NCBI GenBank assembly: GCA_965224245.1
Contig: OZ245046.1
Span: forward strand, 3,936,001-4,000,000
DNA length: 64,000 bases
DNA from: Candidatus Eiseniibacteriota bacterium
GTDB lineage: Bacteria > Eisenbacteria > RBG-16-71-46 > CAZAMP01
Direction: 5' to 3'
In this document: positions 28,917 to 37,870 of the stretch, piece by piece
Layout: every line of letters begins with the position of its first letter
Numbering within the stretch: the first letter of the stretch is position 1
Notes under the pieces: model-generated
The model's database searches: none
The model's input: the letters and a program-made list of their open reading frames with translations, nothing else
Told to the model about the DNA's origin: nothing
Program-made: the position numbers and the translations under genes

Positions 28917-29134
28917 GTCCTTCGCTCTCTTCTGAAAGTCTGACGCGGCTCGGCATCGGCGGGCACGGGCTCGCGGCGAAGCGCGGCGCGCGTTCATAGC
29001 CGGGGGGCTCCCCCGGTTGTACGCGCGACCGACCGGTCGAGTTGCCTCTTGGCGGATGAGCCGATGATGTGAATTCGCCTCGGTTCCGCGAGAGCGGCTC
29101 GGGGACGACCGGCGCCTGGAGGACGCCCCGCCTC

Positions 29135-31090
29135 TCAGGGCCGCCCGGCCGCATCCACGGCGTTCGGGTCGACCCCCATCGCCTCGAGTCGGCGGCGCGT
29201 CATCTGGTCCCCCGGATCCAGCCGCTGGGCCTCGCGATAGCAGCGGACGGCCTCGGGGGCATCTCCGCGGCGCCGGTGGATCTCGCCCAAGTGAAACCAT
29301 GACACGGCGTTATCGGGATGCTCGGCCAGCACGGCCTCGAACAGACGCCGGGCGTCGTCCGGGCGACCCGCGAGGCGGTAGACCACCCCCAGGTTGACCG
29401 TGATCGAGAGCTCCCCGGGGTTCGCGGCCAGCGTGGTCTCGCCGACCCGGATCGCATCCTCGTGCCGTCCGGCCGCCGAGTGGGCTCGCATGAGCCAGTA
29501 TCCCACCGTGAGGTGTCCATTGTCGTCCGCGAAGGCCGCCTCGAGATGCGGGAGCGCGGCGGTCAGATCACCCTCGCGGGCCAGCAGCCGGCCCAGGTTG
29601 CTGTGGGCCTGCGGGTTGTCGGGATCGACGGCGAGGGCGCGCGCGTAGGCCTCCCGGGCCTCGTCCTTCTCGCCACGACCCGAGTGGTACGACCCCAGGT
29701 TCACCCACGAGCGGGCCGAGGTCGAGGCCTCGCTGCCGTCCGCCGCGATGTAGCCCAGCGCGGTGAGTCGGCTCATGATCTCCGACTCGAACGCGCTCTC
29801 CGCCAGCGTGGTCTGTCGCTCGCGGAGCCACGCCGCGCTCTCGTAGGTCGGCACGCGGCTCGCCGGACGCCGGTCGGCGGGAACGACCTCGTCGATCACC
29901 CGTCCCGTCATGTCCTGGGACGGTGGAGCCCCGGCCAGCGCGAGCACGGTGGGGGCGACGTCCCGGATGCTCGCCTCGATCCGGGCGCCGGGAGTCACGC
30001 CCGGTCCGAGGGCCATGACCACCCCGTCCACGTGGTGCCATCGGGGAGCCTCGACGAACTCGCGACCGGCGGTCACGCGGGCCGGGCGGTCGGAACCGGT
30101 CAGGAACCCGTGATCGGAGACGATGAGGTACGTGGCCTCGCCGATCGACTTCATCAACCGTCCCAGGATCTCGTCCTGGTAGCGATAGAACGCCTCTACG
30201 GTCCGTCCGAATCGCGCCATCTCCTCCGGCGACGCGCTCGGATGGAGCGGCGGTGTGAATCGCATGTAGGTGTGCCCGGCGGTGTCGACGCCCTCGAAGT
30301 AGACGCTCAGCACGCGCGGATGCTCCTCGGCATACAACGTCTGGGCGAGCCGCTCCACGTTCTCCATGTTGGCGTAGATGTACCGGAAGTGGCGGACGGG
30401 ATCGTAGAAGTCCAGCGATCCGCCGGACTCGAACTCGGCCTCGGACACGTCGAGGAACGGCTCCGCCTCGGCGTAGGTGACCGTCTCGGGGGCACGGAGC
30501 ACCTCGAGCGCGGTCTCGGTCAGAGCAGGCGGGTAAACCAGCGAGCGGTCGGGTCGGTGCTCTCCGATGAACGCGTGGTAGCCGATGCGATCGGACACGA
30601 CGAAGCCGTGCTCGAGGATCTCCGCCGGCCAGCTGGCCCACCACCCGATGGTGCCCGTCGAGACGTTCGACTCGTCCAGGATGTTCCACCACGCCTTGCA
30701 CTGGCGGTGGAGCGACGTGATGACGATGGGCGACCCGCCGTCCGGATCCGGGGCCGTGAAGTCGAGCACCCGGTGCCGATCCGGGCTCAGCCCGGTCGCG
30801 ATCGTCGTCCAGATGATCGGCGACAGAAGAGGAGCCTCCGAGCGAAGCGTCCCGGACGCGCCCTCGTTCACGAAGCGGGCGAAGTTGGGCAGCTCGCCGC
30901 GCTCCATCATCGGGCGCAGCATGCTCCACTCCAGCCCGTCGAGCCCCAGGACGACGATCGGCGGCGGCCCCGAATCGCAGGACGGCCCGGCGATCGCCAG
31001 GATCGCGACGCACACGAGGGCGAGCGCGCCGGTGCCGTGGGGGCGGCGGCGAGTGAAGAGGGGCAGGATCGATCGGGGCGTGGTCGTCAC
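29135..31090 (-). CDS. Alkaline-phosphatase-superfamily (type I phosphodiesterase/NPP) protein with C-terminal TPRs
   Basis: LGLDG, SPIIWTTIATG, DTAGH, SDHGF, DVAPTVL, RLTALGYI, then about five TPRs. Confidence 0.88.
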   Translation of the reverse strand: MTTTPRSILPLFTRRRPHGTGALALVCVAILAIAGPSCDSGPPPIVVLGLDGLEWSMLRPMMERGELPNFARFVNEGASGTLRSEAPLLSPIIWTTIATGLSPDRHRVLDFTAPDPDGGSPIVITSLHRQCKAWWNILDESNVSTGTIGWWASWPAEILEHGFVVSDRIGYHAFIGEHRPDRSLVYPPALTETALEVLRAPETVTYAEAEPFLDVSEAEFESGGSLDFYDPVRHFRYIYANMENVERLAQTLYAEEHPRVLSVYFEGVDTAGHTYMRFTPPLHPSASPEEMARFGRTVEAFYRYQDEILGRLMKSIGEATYLIVSDHGFLTGSDRPARVTAGREFVEAPRWHHVDGVVMALGPGVTPGARIEASIRDVAPTVLALAGAPPSQDMTGRVIDEVVPADRRPASRVPTYESAAWLRERQTTLAESAFESEIMSRLTALGYIAADGSEASTSARSWVNLGSYHSGRGEKDEAREAYARALAVDPDNPQAHSNLGRLLAREGDLTAALPHLEAAFADDNGHLTVGYWLMRAHSAAGRHEDAIRVGETTLAANPGELSITVNLGVVYRLAGRPDDARRLFEAVLAEHPDNAVSWFHLGEIHRRRGDAPEAVRCYREAQRLDPGDQMTRRRLEAMGVDPNAVDAAGRP

Positions 31091-31340
31091 GGGAGATCCT
31101 CGGGGCCAGGGAACGTGCCGGCGCGGCGGCGCCGGCGGCGACGGGAAGCGCGACCTCCGGCGGCGGTTGCCGTCCATCGGCGCGACTCGCCAGCGTACCC
31201 TCGGGAGCGCCGTCCAGGCAACCGGCCCGGGGCCGCCCGACGGTGGCGTCGGGCCGGTGTTTTCGCTACGGTCCCCTCCGCCGCGCGCGCGGAGCCGTCC
31301 GTGCGCCCCCCGTTTCGCCGCTCACGAAAGGCCGTCACCC

Positions 31341-32933
31341 ATGACCGAGTCGGGCTCCGGCGCGACACCAGCCGTCATCTCGAAGCCCATCGTCGGCATG
31401 GCGCTGGCGCTCGTGGTCGTGCTCGCCGTGGTCAACGCGCTCGGGTTCTGCACGAGCAACCAGATCGAGGACGACGCGTTCATCTTCTTCCGCTACGTCG
31501 ACAACATGCTGGGTGGGCACGGGCTCACCTGGAACCCCGGCGGCGAGCGCGTCGAAGGCTACTCGAGCTTCCTCTACGTGATGGCGCTGGCCCCGCTTCG
31601 GGCGGCCGGCGCCGACCTGGCCACGGTCAGTCACCGGCTCAACGTGGCGCTGTTCGTGGCCACCGCACTTCTGGGGATGGTGCTCCTGCGAGGGGCTGCC
31701 GGTCGCTGGACCCCGGCGTCCATCCTGGCCGGCCTGCTCGTCGCGACGAGCTCCCAGCTCGCCGCGTACTCGCGCAACGGCATGGAGTCGATGCTGTTCG
31801 CGGCCCTGATCGTTCTGGCGTTGTGGCTCGTCGTGCGCGACGGCCGCCGTCCGGTCGACGCGATCGTGTCGGGGGCCGTGTTCGGCCTGGTCGCGCTGAC
31901 CCGCCCCGAGGGCATCCTCGTCTACCTGGGTGCGGTCGCCGTTCGCGCGCTCTCGCCACGCGATCACGGCGGCACGCGCCTGGACCGGATCGAGCTGATC
32001 CGGCTCGCCGGCCTCCTCGCGGTGGTCGTTCCCCACCTGGGCTGGCGGCTCGCCTACTACGGCGCTCTCGTCCCGAACACCTACTTCGCCAAGGTCGGAT
32101 GGGGTCCCGCCGTGGTCGAGCGCGGTCTGGCCGGCCTCTCGCAATCGGGCGGACTGGTGCAGTTCCTGGGCACGTTCCGGGGCCTCCTGGCCGCGCTCGC
32201 GCTCCTGTCGTGGACGCTCGCGCCGCGCACGCGACTGGGCAATCTGCTCGCGCTGCTGTGCGCGGGCTGGATCGCGTATGTCGCCGTCGGCATCGGCCTG
32301 CCCAACTGGAGCCTCTGGTACACGATGCCGATCGATCTGTTCGCCGCCCTCTCGCTGGCCTGGAACGTGCCGCGGATCTCGGAGGGGACCGCCCGCACCC
32401 CCTCGCGCGTTCTCGTCGCCCTGGCCGTGGCGATGATCCTGGTGGGCAACCTCTCGGGGGCGATCGCCAGGCATCGTCTCGGGGGAGCACCGTTCGGTCT
32501 GGCGCCCGTCGATCCGCCGGATCGGTCTCAGGTCAACGCGTTCATCGCGATCGGAAAGAAGCTCGGCGAGATCGCCGCGCCGGGCGAGTCGGTGGCCGTC
32601 GGCGCCTGCGGAGCCATCCCGTACTACTCGGAGCTCGAGACGATCGACGTGCTCGGGCTCAACGATCGCCACATCGCCCGAACGCCGTTCACCGGTGAGA
32701 TCACCGACGCCTTCGGGCACGAGAAGGGTGACGGCGCGTACGTGCTGTCACGACGCCCCACGTACATGATCCCGCTGCCGATCCTGACCCCACGTCCCAA
32801 CCCCGGTCGCTCCGAGTTCGAGCGGAGCTTCGTCGAGATCTTCCGGTCGCCGGAGTTTCCTCGACACTACGAGTTCAAGAGCATCGAGATCGCGCCGGGT
32901 CAGCACTTCAACTACTACGAGCGCAAGCGCTGA
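31341..32933 (+). CDS. GT-C fold membrane glycosyltransferase (AftB-like)
   Basis: EDDAFIFFRY, GLTWNPGGERVEGYSS, GMES, LTRPEG, VPNTYFAK, GAIPYYS, IDVLGLND. Confidence 0.82.
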   Translation: MTESGSGATPAVISKPIVGMALALVVVLAVVNALGFCTSNQIEDDAFIFFRYVDNMLGGHGLTWNPGGERVEGYSSFLYVMALAPLRAAGADLATVSHRLNVALFVATALLGMVLLRGAAGRWTPASILAGLLVATSSQLAAYSRNGMESMLFAALIVLALWLVVRDGRRPVDAIVSGAVFGLVALTRPEGILVYLGAVAVRALSPRDHGGTRLDRIELIRLAGLLAVVVPHLGWRLAYYGALVPNTYFAKVGWGPAVVERGLAGLSQSGGLVQFLGTFRGLLAALALLSWTLAPRTRLGNLLALLCAGWIAYVAVGIGLPNWSLWYTMPIDLFAALSLAWNVPRISEGTARTPSRVLVALAVAMILVGNLSGAIARHRLGGAPFGLAPVDPPDRSQVNAFIAIGKKLGEIAAPGESVAVGACGAIPYYSELETIDVLGLNDRHIARTPFTGEITDAFGHEKGDGAYVLSRRPTYMIPLPILTPRPNPGRSEFERSFVEIFRSPEFPRHYEFKSIEIAPGQHFNYYERKR

Positions 32934-32985
32934 CGCCTTCGCTCCTCAACCCGGCCATCCCTGGCCGCAATGGCCCTTTTTGGTC

Positions 32986-33014
32986 TTGACAGCCCGTCGC
33001 ACCAAAAGTATGGT
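32986..33014 (+). promoter_or_regulatory. Near-consensus sigma70 promoter TTGACA-N17-TATGGT with no downstream sense gene
   Basis: Exact -35 and 17-nt spacer in the gap between two convergent genes. Confidence 0.6.
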
Positions 33015-33020
33015 CCGTTG

Positions 33021-33107
33021 GCCTGAGCGCTTCACGAGGCGAGGCGGGAACCGTGCCCCCCGAGTTGCGATGCTGGATGCACTCCTGGATCCCGTCTCGC
33101 CGCCCTC
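33021..33107 (+). ncRNA. Candidate small hairpin RNA / antisense RNA to the trkH 3' end
   Basis: Follows the promoter. GGCGAGGCGGGA pairs with TCCCGTCTCGCC, with an inner GAG(T)TGC/GCACTC stem. No known family recognised. Confidence 0.3.
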
Positions 33108-34563
33108 ATCGCTTCCAGAACGCGGGCACGAACAGGGCCATCAGCGTGTAGATCTCGAGCCTTCCGAGCAGCATGCACGTCGCCAGGACGAACTTGCCCG
33201 CCGGAGGAATGGCCGCGAAGTTGCGAGCCGGCCCCACGTCGGCCAGGCCGGGCCCGATGTTGCCCATCGTCGCGATGACCGACGTCGCGGCCGTGACCGG
33301 GTCCAGACCCATCAACGCCATCAGCAGCGTGACCACGCCGTAGATCAGCATGAACAGGACGAAGTAACCCAGCACGGCGTCCACGGTCTCGTCCTTCAGC
33401 GATCGCCGGCTGATGCGGATCGAGCGCACGGCGTGGGGACGGAACCACCGGTACACGGCGATGTACGCGTACTTCGCCAGAACGATCACGCGAATGACCT
33501 TCATCCCCCCCGCCGTCGAGCCGGCGCTCCCCCCGATGAACATCAGCGTCACCAGCAGGAGCTTCGAGAACGAGGGCCATTGATCGAAGTTCCCGATCGC
33601 GAACCCGGTGGTGGTGAGGATGGATGCGACGTTGAAGACCGCATTGCGGACGGCGTCCGTGATCCTGGGAACGCTCCCCGATGCCGCCAGATCGACCGCG
33701 ATCAGCACCGCCGCCACCGCGAACACCGAGACGTAGGTCCGGAGCTCGTGGTCACGGAACACGCGCCCCCGTCGCGGACCGCGAAAGAGCAGGAAGTAGA
33801 GCGAGAAGTTGACGCCGGCGAGGATCATGAAGCACGTGATGATGATCTCGATCGCGAGGCTCTCGTACGCACCGACCGACGCGTTCCGGGTGGAGAAGCC
33901 GCCGCTGGCCACGGTCCCGAAGGTGTGACACAGCGCGTCCCGAAGCGTCATGCCCGCAGCCATCAGCGCGGTCGATTCGGTGACCGTCAGCGTGACGTAG
34001 ATGGCGAGAAGGTACACCGCGGTGTCCTTGATCCGCGGACTGATGCCCTCCTTCGACACGCCCGGAATCTCGGACCGAAACAGATGCCGCGCCCCCACGC
34101 CCATCTGGGGGAGGATCGCGATGAACAGCACGACGATCCCGATGCCGCCGAGCCAGTGCGTGAAGCTGCGCCAGAACAGGATGCTGTCCGGGAGCGACTC
34201 GATGTCGGTGATGACGCTGGAACCGGTCGTCGTGAACCCGGACATGCTCTCGAAGAATGCGTCGGCCGGACTCGTCAACGCTCCGGAGAGGAGGTACGGC
34301 AGCGCGCCCAGCGTGGCCGCCACGATCCATCCCAGCGCGACGACCCCGAGGCTCTCGCGAAGCAGCAGGTTCTGGCGCATCGCGCCGCGGCCCACGATGA
34401 CCAGCACGAGGCCGAGCGCGAGCGAGATCCCCATCGAGGCCAGAATCCCGCGCCTCGCCGCCTCCTCCCCGTTCCCGTACGCCCACAGAAGGGAGAACAC
34501 CATCGAGATGCCGATGACGAGCGTCAGTGTCCCGAGGAGCCAGGACACCATGCGGAAGTTCAC
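33106..34563 (-). CDS. trkH: TrkH family potassium uptake protein
   Basis: FFESMSGFTTTG, WLGGIG, TVASGGFS, TTTGF, GGSAGSTAGGMK, GNIGPGL, GRLEI. GGGAGG SD before GTG 34563. Confidence 0.95.
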   Translation of the reverse strand: MNFRMVSWLLGTLTLVIGISMVFSLLWAYGNGEEAARRGILASMGISLALGLVLVIVGRGAMRQNLLLRESLGVVALGWIVAATLGALPYLLSGALTSPADAFFESMSGFTTTGSSVITDIESLPDSILFWRSFTHWLGGIGIVVLFIAILPQMGVGARHLFRSEIPGVSKEGISPRIKDTAVYLLAIYVTLTVTESTALMAAGMTLRDALCHTFGTVASGGFSTRNASVGAYESLAIEIIITCFMILAGVNFSLYFLLFRGPRRGRVFRDHELRTYVSVFAVAAVLIAVDLAASGSVPRITDAVRNAVFNVASILTTTGFAIGNFDQWPSFSKLLLVTLMFIGGSAGSTAGGMKVIRVIVLAKYAYIAVYRWFRPHAVRSIRISRRSLKDETVDAVLGYFVLFMLIYGVVTLLMALMGLDPVTAATSVIATMGNIGPGLADVGPARNFAAIPPAGKFVLATCMLLGRLEIYTLMALFVPAFWKR

Positions 34564-35146
34564 GGTCGCGGCCTCCCTGGAGGATCGAGTCGACGATCCG
34601 TGCAGTCGTCGGTCCGGGCGAGACGGGCGGCAGCTTAGCAGGCTACTCGAGGCACGGCGAGGCGGCGTCGCTCCGGCTGACGGCGTGGGGTCTAAGTGCC
34701 GGGTCGACGAGGGTGGGGCGCTCCGTCGCTCCCCCCCACCCGATCTCACGGCCACGCCGTCAGCTCATTTCGTGTCGGAGCGGCTTTGCGAGGCACCGGT
34801 GTCGCACGAGTCGCGACTCCGGCCCCACCCTCGCCGACCCTACGTCGGGGGCCCGGGGCCGAGCGGCCATCGCACGGGGTCGGTCACGCCTGACGCCGGC
34901 ATCGACCGCGGCGGCCCGGCTCAGCGGGTGACGCCGACGCACGACGCGCGTCGTGACCGGTCGCGCACCGCCGGAGGCCGTGCCACTCGATGGCCCGCCG
35001 TTGCGGAGCACGTATACCCGGGTACACGGCGACCGATAGCCCACTCGACGGGCGATCTCCTATGCCCCTCACATCGTCGGGTGCGCAACTCCCGGGTGCG
35101 CGTCACCACCGCAGAAACCGATGCGAGCCGAACGCCCCCGTATCGC

Positions 35147-35878
35147 CCACCGCGTGAGGGGGCGACGGGGGTGGTGTCGCCGGAGCGACTGATGCGACCC
35201 CCACGTCCCCCGGAGCCCCTCCGACACGAAATGATGCCCCCACCCGATCTCACGCCCCCACCGCCAGCCGGAGCGCTGGCGACACCACCCCCGGCGCTCC
35301 CGACACGCGCCCCCGCCGTCGGGAACACCCGGGTGCAACACCCCACGAGGACCCCGCACCCAATCACACCCCCGACGCCGACCCCGGAAAACACTCCCGA
35401 GACCCCCACCGCGTGAGGGAGCGACGGGGGTGGTGTCGCCGGAGCGACTGATGCGACCCCCACGTCCCCCGGAGCCCCTCCGACACGAAATGATGCCCCC
35501 ACCCGATCTCACGCCCACACCGCCAGCCGGAGCGCAGGCGACACCACCCCCGTCGCTCCCGACACGCGCCCCCGCCGTCGGGAACACCCGGGTGCAACAC
35601 CCCACGAGCACCCCGCACCCAATCACACCCGCGACGCCGACCCCCGGAAAACACTCCCGAGACCCCCACCGCGTGAGGGAGCGACGGGGGTGGTGTCGCC
35701 GGAGCGACTGATGCGACACCCACACCCCCCGGAGCCGCTCCGACACGAAATGATGCCCCCACCCGATCTCACGCCCACACCGCCAGCCGGAGCGCAGGCG
35801 ACACCACCCCCGGCGCTCCCGACACGCGCCCCCGAGGGACCGCTGGCGACACCACCCCCGGCGCTCCCGACACGCGCC
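35147..35878. repeat. Tandem array of ~259-bp palindromic elements (2 full, 1 partial, plus an extra arm)
   Basis: Units start at 35147, 35406 and 35666. Each holds a 24-bp inverted repeat (perfect in copy 2: 35417-35440 / 35537-35560). Confidence 0.92.
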
Positions 35879-35913
35879 ACGGATTCTTCGAGCGACCCAG
35901 ACCGCCGCACACG

Positions 35914-35944
35914 AAAAAGCCCCGAGGGCCGAAGCCCTCGGGGC
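35914..35944 (-). terminator. Rho-independent terminator GCCCCGAGGGC-TTCG-GCCCTCGGGGC-TTTTT
   Basis: Perfect 11-bp stem, cUUCGg tetraloop and T5 tract, 23 nt after the stop at 35968. Confidence 0.93.
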
Positions 35945-35967
35945 CAATCAGTCAGCTTTGGAGGAGC

Positions 35968-36654
35968 TTACTGATACAGCTTCTTGATCGACGACCACGA
36001 AGCCTCTTCGGTCGGCGTGCCCGGCTCGTTGTAGAGCAGGAACGCCAGGTCGTACGGAACGCCGAACACGTCCGTCGCCGGCGTCCAGTCGGCAAAGCCG
36101 AAGAAAGCCGAACGGAAGCAGGCCTGCTGACCGTCACCGACACCCGTCGCCGAACCGTACTGCGGCGGGAAGCAGAACACGGCCGTCACCGAGATGTGGT
36201 AGCTGACGCCGTCTGCCTTGTTGAACGGCGTGACCTGCGAGCAGTAGCCGTCAGGAGCGCCGAGCGTCTGGTTGTAGTCGCTCGTCTCGTCCGAGTAGAC
36301 CAGGTCGCCCGGGCAGCCGTCGGCGTCCGAGGTGTAGATCTCGATGCGGAACGCATCCGGAGGAAGCGGCGAACCGTTCCAGTACACGCCGTACCAGCCA
36401 ACGCCCACGATGTCGTTGCCGTCACCGAGGAAGTTGTCGGCGATCTGAGCCAGGAACGGGTAGCACTGGTCGTCCTGAGCCGCGAGACCGCTCGCGCCGT
36501 CCGGCTCCTGAACCCACTTGATCTCGCCTTCGCAATCGGTCGCATCGAGACCATCGAACTCGAGCGTGAACGGACCGCGCTCCAACTGCACTTCAGCGTT
36601 GGCCGAGATGGCGACTGCTGCCAGCACGGAAAAGAGGGCCGTAACCTTCTGCAT
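35968..36654 (-). CDS. Secreted acidic Cys-containing protein with a C-terminal PTEEASWSSIKKLYQ tail
   Basis: GAGGAG SD before ATG 36654, signal peptide ending ANA-E, its own promoter and terminator. Confidence 0.88.
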   Translation of the reverse strand: MQKVTALFSVLAAVAISANAEVQLERGPFTLEFDGLDATDCEGEIKWVQEPDGASGLAAQDDQCYPFLAQIADNFLGDGNDIVGVGWYGVYWNGSPLPPDAFRIEIYTSDADGCPGDLVYSDETSDYNQTLGAPDGYCSQVTPFNKADGVSYHISVTAVFCFPPQYGSATGVGDGQQACFRSAFFGFADWTPATDVFGVPYDLAFLLYNEPGTPTEEASWSSIKKLYQ

Positions 36655-36810
36655 GGATGCTCCTCGTGGTTGCGGTTCCGGTGGAACCAACCCCCCAAAA
36701 AAAATGTGACTCCACGTTGCGAAACGGCACCCCGGAGACGGCGCAAAATGTCGCCGAGGCACTCAGGCGCGTACGTTTGACCAGGACTTACTTTCAAACG
36801 CACGAGAGGA

Positions 36811-36840
36811 AGTATAGCGAGGTCGGTCCGGATTTGTCAA
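36811..36840 (-). promoter_or_regulatory. Strong sigma70 promoter TTGACA-N18-TATACT
   Basis: Perfect -35 and 5/6 -10, about 150 nt upstream of ATG 36654. Confidence 0.82.
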
Positions 36841-36910
36841 CGGAAGCGCGCGCCGGGAAGGGATCGTGGCGCGGACCGACCGCCATCCCAAGACTTAAAT
36901 CCACAGGGAC

Positions 36911-37774
36911 TTACGGCGCCGACAATCGTCTTCTGGCTTCCCGGACGCCGTCCGGCTGTCCGAGATCGAATAGTCGGGACCCCAGCCGCACCCCGTGAAG
37001 GCGCCCCGCCTCCGCGAGCGCCTGGAAGCGGGGCACGTCGTCCAGCTCACCGGAGGTCGTCGCGTCGTCCGGCTCGAGCCGTGCGAACGCCGCGGGAACG
37101 ATCGACCGGCCCACCCCCCGCCAGATGACCGGGGCTCCGGCCGGAAACTCGAAAGGGCCCTTACGTTTGTCGCTCACCCGGCTTATCCGGACCGCATCGG
37201 GAAGGCCGGGTGCGCTCGTTTCCGACCTCTGGATCGGCTGCGTCTCGACCCGCCCGCAGTTGCCCATCCGGTCCGCCTCGGATCGCGTGACCTCGACCAG
37301 CGCCATGACCGGCATGCCGTACGCGTCGTACACCCGGCGGACGTCCGACGTCGGTGGCGCGTGTCCGGGCAGGAGATTGTCGGGCATGACGAGCGCAAAC
37401 GGCTCACCGTCCAGCCACGACTCGGCGAGGGAGAGCGCATCCACGACCCCCCGAGGCTCCGGCTGCTCGAAGAGGCGCCACTGGGGCCACCGATGCAGGG
37501 CGTCGGCCGGGATGCGCGCAGGATCGTAGAGCCGCCCGAGACGCGACGGGTCGGGGAACGCGGGAGGATGATCGAGGAACTCCGCCAGCTCGGGCTTGTC
37601 CGGGGAGACCACGACGGCCACGTCGGTGATGCCCGACAGGGCCAGCTCGATCAGTGCGAGCGCGATCATCGGCAATCCGCCGACGTCGATCATCTCCTTG
37701 GGAAGATCGCCGCGGACCGACGCCACGCGGGTTCCGCGGCCGGCCGCCGGAATGATCGCTCTGGTGACGCTCAT
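36911..37774 (-). CDS. Sugar-phosphate nucleotidyltransferase (GalU-like)
   Basis: AIIPAAGRGTR, LPKEMI, QPEPRG, MPDN, FDLG. Confidence 0.88.
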   Translation of the reverse strand: MSVTRAIIPAAGRGTRVASVRGDLPKEMIDVGGLPMIALALIELALSGITDVAVVVSPDKPELAEFLDHPPAFPDPSRLGRLYDPARIPADALHRWPQWRLFEQPEPRGVVDALSLAESWLDGEPFALVMPDNLLPGHAPPTSDVRRVYDAYGMPVMALVEVTRSEADRMGNCGRVETQPIQRSETSAPGLPDAVRISRVSDKRKGPFEFPAGAPVIWRGVGRSIVPAAFARLEPDDATTSGELDDVPRFQALAEAGRLHGVRLGSRLFDLGQPDGVREARRRLSAP

Positions 37775-37870
37775 CGTCGCTCACCTCGTTCCACCGTTGG
37801 CGCACGCGCCGCCGGTGCGCTAGCTTCTCTCGGTCCGTCCCGCCGCATATAACCAGAAAGGTCGCGCATC

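Noticed and set aside
33021-33107. SRP RNA, tRNA-Sec or 6S RNA
   Set aside because: No SRP domain IV (CAGG...GNRA...AGCAG) motif, no cloverleaf, and too short for 6S.
34564-35100. c-di-AMP (ydaO) riboswitch upstream of trkH
   Set aside because: Only a short CCGTCAGC resemblance; the other conserved elements were not found by eye.
35147-35878. CRISPR array, or a coding repeat (track ORFs 34921-35502, 35069-35947 and others)
   Set aside because: Units are ~259 bp and near-identical with no unique spacers, and no cas genes are present. Unit lengths (259/260) break the frame, and the ORFs lack codon bias.
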